Assembly (NCBI GenBank): GCA_964016885.1
Contig: OZ024740.1
Location: 343,046,001-343,110,000 of the forward strand
Source: Eledone cirrhosa
Taxonomy: Eukaryota
Direction of reading: 5' to 3'
Length of the DNA: 64,000 nucleotides
Every line of letters starts with the position of its first letter. Positions within the stretch are counted from its first letter, which is position 1. The position numbers were made by a program, and so were the translations under genes. The notes under the pieces were generated by a model. The model saw only the letters and a list, made by a program, of their open reading frames with translations, did not search any database and was not told the DNA's origin. Of the stretch, positions 57,329-64,000 are shown in pieces.

Positions 57329-57723
57329 ACACTCATATATATATATATGTAGATGTATTGATGTGTGTGTATGTGTGTTGAAGTGTAACCTGTCACAGGG
57401 AACTAATTAAAATGAACTCTAAACGAGGCAGTAAAGCTAATCGAGAAGTAGCGACGGCAGATGTATTTTTTAACTGCTGCCTTGATTATTACACGACACA
57501 TAATTGTTTCTACTTTAGGCACAAGGCCAGCAATTACCCAGTGCATTACTCACTGAAAGACAATATTCTTATATATACTCCCAATTTCCACACTCACCAT
57601 CTCTCTATTTCATCTCAACTAGTTATCTCCCCCATCCACCCATTCACTCCGCACTCCCTGCGCGCAAGCACACACACACACATATTCACACACACACATA
57701 TTCACACACACACACACACATAT

Positions 57724-57757
<34 letters not shown>

Positions 57758-57843
57758 TCACACACACATATATTCACACACATTCACACACACACACATT
57801 CACACACACACATATTCACACACATTCACACACACACACATTC

Positions 57844-57878
<35 letters not shown>

Positions 57879-59004
57879 CACACGCCCCCCCCACACACAC
57901 ATAATATAAATGTTATAAATAATGTAAATACGTGTATGTTAATGTGTATATGTTTGTATATAATTGTATACATGTATATAAATTCCTCTCTTTCTATCTC
58001 TCTCTCTTTATATATATAAAGTAAGGTACTCAATACATAACAGAGTATAAATGTTTAATATAGAAATGATACTTTCTACAGGACGAGAACTGTTTCATTC
58101 GAAGGATATCTTCATGATTTCCTTCGAATGAAACAGTTCTAGTCATGTAGAAGCCATTTCTATATTAAATATATATATATATATATATTTCTATATTAAA
58201 TATATATATATATATACGTACGAGAAAGACAGGAAGACAATACTTTGGTTCGTAGAATCGTTCCCTGGCAAAGAACGAAAAAAAAAACGAAGATAATATA
58301 TATATATATATATATATTAAAATAACAGATTAAAGTTTAAGCAAAGAATCGCTGCTTTCACCCTTAACGGGATCTTCTGAAGCTAAAAAAGTCAATCTGT
58401 GAAAGCAGAAGTAAATATTAAAAAAAAAAGGTAGCAACCGGAGGAAGACAGGAAGACGATACTTTGGTTCGTGGAAACGTTCCCTGGCAAAGAACGAAAA
58501 AAAAATGAAGATAATACGCCATTATTTGGAGCGGTGAAAAACAATTACACGCAAAGACAAAACCACGTTTATGGTATAAAAGAAGCCGTAGACTAATATT
58601 CTATTAGGTGGTTCGTGGAGACGTTCTCTGGCAATGAACGGAAATAATTCATTATGTGGAGCGGTGAGAACAATTACACGCAAAGACAAAACCACGTTTA
58701 TGGTATAACTGAAGTCGTAGACTAAAATTCTATTTAGGAAACCGAATGATTCTCGGCTACAGAGTTAAGAATAAAGTAAATAAAATACAGAGTTAATTGA
58801 AATTAAATATATACATACACGCATCTATATACGTACATACACAAGCATACGTGAAAACACTCGCCATGGGTATGCAAATACAAGCACGTACACAAAAAAA
58901 AAACAAAAACAAAAAAAACGCACGCACATACAGAACCGACGCAACGCCTGTACCCGCACACATACGAACGTATACACCAAATACACATAAAAATATATAT
59001 TAAA

Positions 59005-59940
59005 AAATAGGTCACATGGTCTTTTATTTCCGTTATACGATCTAGCCCTAACTAGGATCTTCCAGCGTAACTTATATTGGGTGTGGTTGTCTTTTAGACT
59101 CCAGATATAAGTTGAAAGTGACGTCATATTCCTTCTTAAAGGGTTAAGAAAAGAATGGGTATGCATGTGAAGACGCTGCTTGAATCTATTGGCGGTTAAC
59201 CCTATGTAGGCTCTACGGGACGTGGGTGTTTCAACCTTACATTTGTAGACAATGTTACTAGAGAGGCATTTCCCGCTAAGGGGCAGTCAACCCGATTCCT
59301 ACAATTACAATTAGTACTAGCTACAGGGTTGCACGTGTTCCTACGGCTAGGTAATTTAGCTAAATTTGAAGCTGTGATGTTATGTGCAAGGTTAGGAGTC
59401 GTAGAGTAAGACATTTTAATGGTATTTCTATAAAAAATGTTACTATATTTATGTGCTGGGGGGAAATGCTTCATAATAAGGGAGAGAAAGATCTTAGCTA
59501 ATGGTGTGGCCACCTCCATATTATATGGTGGGTTATACCATATAATGCGTCGGGATCTATTTTTCCTAGGTCTATTCTCGTACTCTGTATATGCTACCTT
59601 ATCGACAAATCCATTCCGAGCAAGAGCTTCATTGTAATATGTGGAATGGTCGTTGAAAATATGCTCGTTTGTAGATAGACGGGAAAGCCTCAAAGAAACG
59701 TTTCTTACCAGGTTCTTGATTATGATGACAGATGGTTAGAATGCTTACTTATGTAATTAAGCGTATCATTCGGCTTTCTATACGGGTAGTGCAAGCCATT
59801 CGACAAATTGAGGGTAACGTCGAGGTAATTAACGACCGAGAGGTTGGCCTCAACCTGTATGGAGAGGTTGAAGCCTTTAAAGAAGGCTGTGAGTTCTTTT
59901 CTGAACCTGTCGTAAGCACGTGGGCCGCACTTTGTCATTG
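59005..59940 (-). mobile_element. Penelope-like (Naiad-type) element: RT thumb, CxCx5C linker and GIY-YIG, frameshifted
   Basis: VNYLDVTLNL, YISKHSNH, IWYNPPY, CNCRNRVDCPL, (Y)IGLTANRFKQR, TSLSTYIWSLK...WKIL...CDL. Confidence 0.88.
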
Positions 59941-59944
59941 AATA

Positions 59945-60570
59945 TGAGATTACTCCTTTGTTTTCATGGCCATGATGATTTTTTTTCTGACTTTTGCTCT
60001 AACCAATCTCTGATTTGGTCGCAATCAAATCATTTCTAGAACAGAATTTTGCAAGAGCACCTCAGTCATCAACATTCCCAAGAGTATGTTTACCTATGGA
60101 AGATGGATAAGTTGCATGAAGATTCCCTATTTTGCAATTAAAGATTCCCATAATAGAAAGATGATCTTTAGTTGGTATGTTGTCTACGATAGACTGGATT
60201 TGGTCATAGAGTTCGTCAACTTCTTCATCAGAATGAGAAGTGTCAGGAATTAGCATTGTATGAATGAAAGTTTTGTAAACTCTCCCTTCAGACTAACCAC
60301 TGACAGTCTGTCAAATATGGGCTCATAGTCATCAAAGAAAGAGACATGATTTACAGAGAAGAAATCCAACGCCTTTAGATCGAGAGATATTGCTGTCGGA
60401 AAGAAATAGTTGACAACCCGACCCTGGAAGGGTTCCAATTGTTTTAAATAATCCCCAAATACTCCAGTTCACGTTCTCTAACTCATACATCCTAGTGTCA
60501 AGTGTATGCATATTTAGATCGTTGATTGTTCTAGGTAAGTACATACATTTAAGGTTTGATTCATTTGGGG
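59945..60570 (-). mobile_element. RTE-type APE endonuclease remnant
   Basis: LENVNWSIWGL, GVGFL, SHSDEEVDELYDQIQ...IMGIFNCKIG (cf. GDFNAKVG). Confidence 0.8.
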
Positions 60571-60974
60571 TTATTTAATTCTTCTGATTCGTGGTTGCTG
60601 GCATGATCCCATGATCGTCCCTGTCACATCAGTCCGGGGATATTGATGCGCCCCGTTGTTCGTATGGCAAGGATCAGGAAGTAGTCCCCTCTGATCTCGG
60701 AATCTTTGATTTGATATTTTCTATTAGTTCTATCAGCCTACTTTCCCATGCTGGCTTAGGACAAATTGGAAGCGGGCGTTTCTATTTGTGACACCATCAT
60801 CAGGAGATTGTTTTACTGGACTAGAGAGTTCTCCAAACCAATTGACTAATGGACTCTTCTACTCAATGGATGTTTAGTGCCATCTTGTGATGATGACACG
60901 AATATATATATATATGAATGTATGTATAGTATATTTGGCAATATACCGTATATTTAATTAAAAACTATTATATA

Positions 60975-61062
<88 letters not shown>

Positions 61063-61212
61063 GAGTATATGTTGGTTGTTTACCGACACCTAAGTATGCA
61101 GATTGGAGCACTCGACGAAGTACGCAGGCTAGTTTGTTTACCCCGGAGTAATGTAAAATAATTAAGTCAAATAGGTAAAAATTTGGCTTCGTTTATTATA
61201 AATTATAGATAT

Positions 61213-61267
61213 ACTGCTATGTATATTTCGGTGACAGCCATCATTGGCTGTGACGTCTTCAGGCAGT
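61213..61267 (-). ncRNA. Type I hammerhead ribozyme (left arm of palindrome)
   Basis: Mirror copy of 61491-61545. Confidence 0.7.
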
Positions 61268-61490
61268 CCGAATTGGTGTGGTAGAGACAGGTACACATGT
61301 TTAAGTGTGTTTTACTCCGTCAATACTCCGATATGTCCAGCTCCTGGTTGCGTTGTTATTTCTCTGAGGAACTGGGATTTCAGTTCCTCAGAGAAATAAC
61401 AACGCAACCAGGAGCTGGACATATCGGAGTATTGACAGAGTAAAACACACTTAAACAACATATCTACCTATCTCTACCACACCAATTCGG

Positions 61491-61545
61491 ACTGCCTGAA
61501 GACGTCACAGCCAACGATGGCTGTCACCGAAATATACATAGCAGT
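61491..61545 (+). ncRNA. Type I hammerhead ribozyme (right arm of palindrome)
   Basis: actgc-CTGAAGA-c-gtcacagcca/acga/tggctgtcac-c-GAAA-tataca-TA-gcagt. Confidence 0.7.
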
Positions 61546-61755
61546 ATATCTATAATTTATAATAAACGAAGCCAAATTTTTACCTATTTGACTTAATTAT
61601 TTTACATTACTCCGGAGTAAACAAACCAACATGCGTACTTCGTCGAGTGCTCCAATCTGCATACTTAGGTGTCGGTAAACAACCAACATATACTCAAAAT
61701 TTATCTAGCTCCACCACGTGTTGAGCGCTTCAAACAGTAGCGGACTTAAGTCGCA

Positions 61756-62395
61756 ATGGAAAAACTGGCAACCTTGGCGTCACTGAAGGATACCCCCCTA
61801 CCTGGCAAACGAGAATACACCAGTGATCTCATCAAGAGTACGGACTCCCTTGCTCGTAGGATGAAATGGAGGGCGTTCCACTCTGAAAGAGGAACGCCTA
61901 AAATTACCAATACTCAAAACATGGAGTACCTTTTTAGATCAAGGCGGAACCCTCCCCACAACAGGCTAATGGAGGAGTTCGAAAACGAGATGATTAACAT
62001 TATCTCCAATTCTCCGGAAACCCACCCCGGAGTCGGGAGTACCTCAGACACCTGGGAAACGGGATTACTAAACTTAAAGAGACAACTGGAATACTTGTCC
62101 ATGCCGATAAAACCAACAACCTCTACAGCATGGACATGGAACTGTATGATAAGATAATTCTCAGGGAACTGAGGAAGTGCTACAAAAAACACCTGGAGTT
62201 ACCCTGGATGAGATCAACGCCACAGCTCACAGGATAATATCCGGACTCGGCATAGAGGATAGGACGGCCCCATCATACCAACCAAGGGAGCCGAGGATTA
62301 CCTTTAAAGATCACAAGCCAAACTTCGAGTTCGACCTCCCGGTTAGACTAATAGCCCCCTTCAGATCGGACCCTAGGTATCGTCAGTAAAAGCAA
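61756..62395 (+). pseudogene. Penelope-like (Naiad-type) ORF N-terminus and RT motifs 1-2, frameshifted and truncated
   Basis: SLKDTPLP...RMKWRAF, ADKTNNLY, ITFKDHKPNF...RLIAP. Confidence 0.8.
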
Positions 62396-62396
62396 T

Positions 62397-62427
<31 letters not shown>

Positions 62428-62468
62428 CGATATTAAACAAATGGAAACTATATTTATAAAACCATATT

Positions 62469-62534
62469 TATTTCATTATACATATTTCGGGGATACCATA
62501 TTAAAAATATGGCATGCCTTCTTCAGATAAAATA
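62469..62534 (-). ncRNA. Type I hammerhead ribozyme in an inverted pLTR
   Basis: Minus strand: tattttat-CTGAAGA-a-ggcatgccatatt...aatatggtatcccc-GAAA-tatgta-TA-atgaaata. Confidence 0.6.
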
Positions 62535-62762
62535 CAATATATAAACAGTTTTATAAATAATTTTGACGTACCATAAATATTGATCAACTTTTATGTAAGA
62601 AGTTGGTTTGGTAGTGAAATGTTTATAAATATTTAGTGTTAAGCACAGTTAAAAAGAAAGACGGAGAAAAAGAAGAAATGTATGTAAAGAAAAACAGAGA
62701 GAAATAGAGAGAAATAGAGAGAAATAGAGAGAAATAGAGAAATTAAATATAACAATAATAAT

Positions 62763-64000
62763 AAATTTATTCAACTAGATATTGCTAACTACTATTCATC
62801 TATTACCCCTAATCTACTGAATAAGGCACTAAATTACGCATTCAAACATACAGACCTAACTAGCAATGAAATGCACATTATATTATCGGCAAGGAAAACA
62901 TTGATAGAATTTAATAACCAACTATGGACTAGGGCAGATAGAGATAATAATTTCGACATTACTATGGGATCATCTGACTCAGCCCAGGTAACGGACCTTG
63001 TGGGCCTATTTATAATTAATTCGCTGCATAGAAAAATACCTGGTGTAACCGGAGGATTATATCGTGATGACATGCTTTTACTTATTGAAAATAATAACTC
63101 TGAACTAAATAGAAAAAGAAAACAAATTATACAATTTTTTAATTACCTTAATCTAAAAATAGAAATAGAGAATAACCATAGAATAGTCAATTTCCTAGAT
63201 GTAACACTAAATCTCAACACATGTCTTCACTATCCATTTCACAAACTAAATGAAAACTTGAATTATGTCAATTTTAACTCTAATCACCCCAGATCTGTTA
63301 AAAATACTATAGGGAACTCTGTTCAAGAACGTATCTCAAGAATTTCATCTAATAAAAATATTTTCGACGAAAAAGCGCAGTATTACAATGAAGCGTTAGC
63401 TAGAGCAGGATATAGTGATAAAATTAAGTACATCGATAATAATAGGCAAACTCACCAAAATAATAACAATTTTAATTACGGTAACAACTTTAACAACTAT
63501 AATAGAAAACATTACAATAATTCCAAAAGCCAGAAAAGAAATAGAACTAGAAATATAATATGGTTTGCCCCCCCCCCCCCTTCTCACTAAATATTAAAAC
63601 CCACATTGCTAAACTATTTTTTAATGCTCTTGACAAACGCTTCCCTAGAACACATAAATATCACTCAATTTTTAATAGACATACTATAAAATTAACTTAC
63701 TCGTCCACCAAAAATTTAGCACAAAATATTAACAGAATAAATAATAGGAATCTAAAACCTAGCCAAAATACCGATAATAGCCAAAACAATATTCAATTAA
63801 ACAACTGTAACTGTAGAAATAAATCTAAATGTCCGTTAAATAACAATTGCTTAGTTAAAAATATAATATACAATTGTAATGTTAAAACTAACTTAAATTC
63901 TTTTAACTATGTTGGTTCCACCTCGACAGAATTTAAACTTCGCTACAATAATCATAAGAATTCTTTCACAGATCCAAACAAGAAATCTTCAACTTCACTA
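62763..64000 (+). mobile_element. Penelope-like (Naiad-type) RT, linker and GIY-YIG start; runs off the window
   Basis: FIQLDIANYYSSI, FDITMGS, GLYRDD, NFLDVTL, SNHP, IWFAPP; after a poly-C shift, IFNRHTIKLTYS, CNCRNKSKCPL, IIY...YVGST. Confidence 0.92.

Larger units (their letters stand above)
61063..61695. repeat. 633-bp near-perfect palindrome (inverted PLE pLTR pair)
   Basis: Arms 61063-61374 and 61381-61695 with a 6-nt spacer and few mismatches. Confidence 0.95.

Noticed and set aside
58315-58420. HHR-like motif in the repeat shared with 53650-53750 (CAGAAGA-T-CCC/GGG-T-GAAA, minus strand)
   Set aside because: Core reads CAGAAGA in both copies and stems I and III could not be paired; probably a pLTR end but not callable as a ribozyme
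61756-64000. Single PLE ORF interrupted by an intron
   Set aside because: The two parts differ strongly in base composition and decay and are separated by (AT)n plus an inverted pLTR; better read as two elements

Overview
AT-rich, extremely repeat-dense animal genomic DNA with no supportable host gene. The SINE, microsatellite and retroelement repertoire suggests a cephalopod such as Octopus (inference). Almost all long ORFs in the track are translations of microsatellites. Real coding remnants all come from retroelements: (i) a Tx1/L1-clade cluster at 41.2-50.3 kb, one full-length copy plus three 5'-truncated copies, each embedded in (ATCT)n; (ii) Penelope-like (Naiad-type) RT/GIY-YIG fragments; (iii) RTE, CRE-like and R4/Dong-like fragments. 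Also present are two non-autonomous Helitrons, a Tc1/mariner MITE and many tRNA-headed SINEs. The most notable non-coding signal is about ten type I hammerhead ribozyme (HHR) motifs. Four of these lie in a 3.5-kb head-to-tail array (13081-16556) of alternating 995/711-bp units, each carrying an unusually large HHR with a branched stem II and a potential pseudoknot; this is a candidate large retrozyme/circular-RNA system. All folds were read by eye and are not computationally or experimentally verified.
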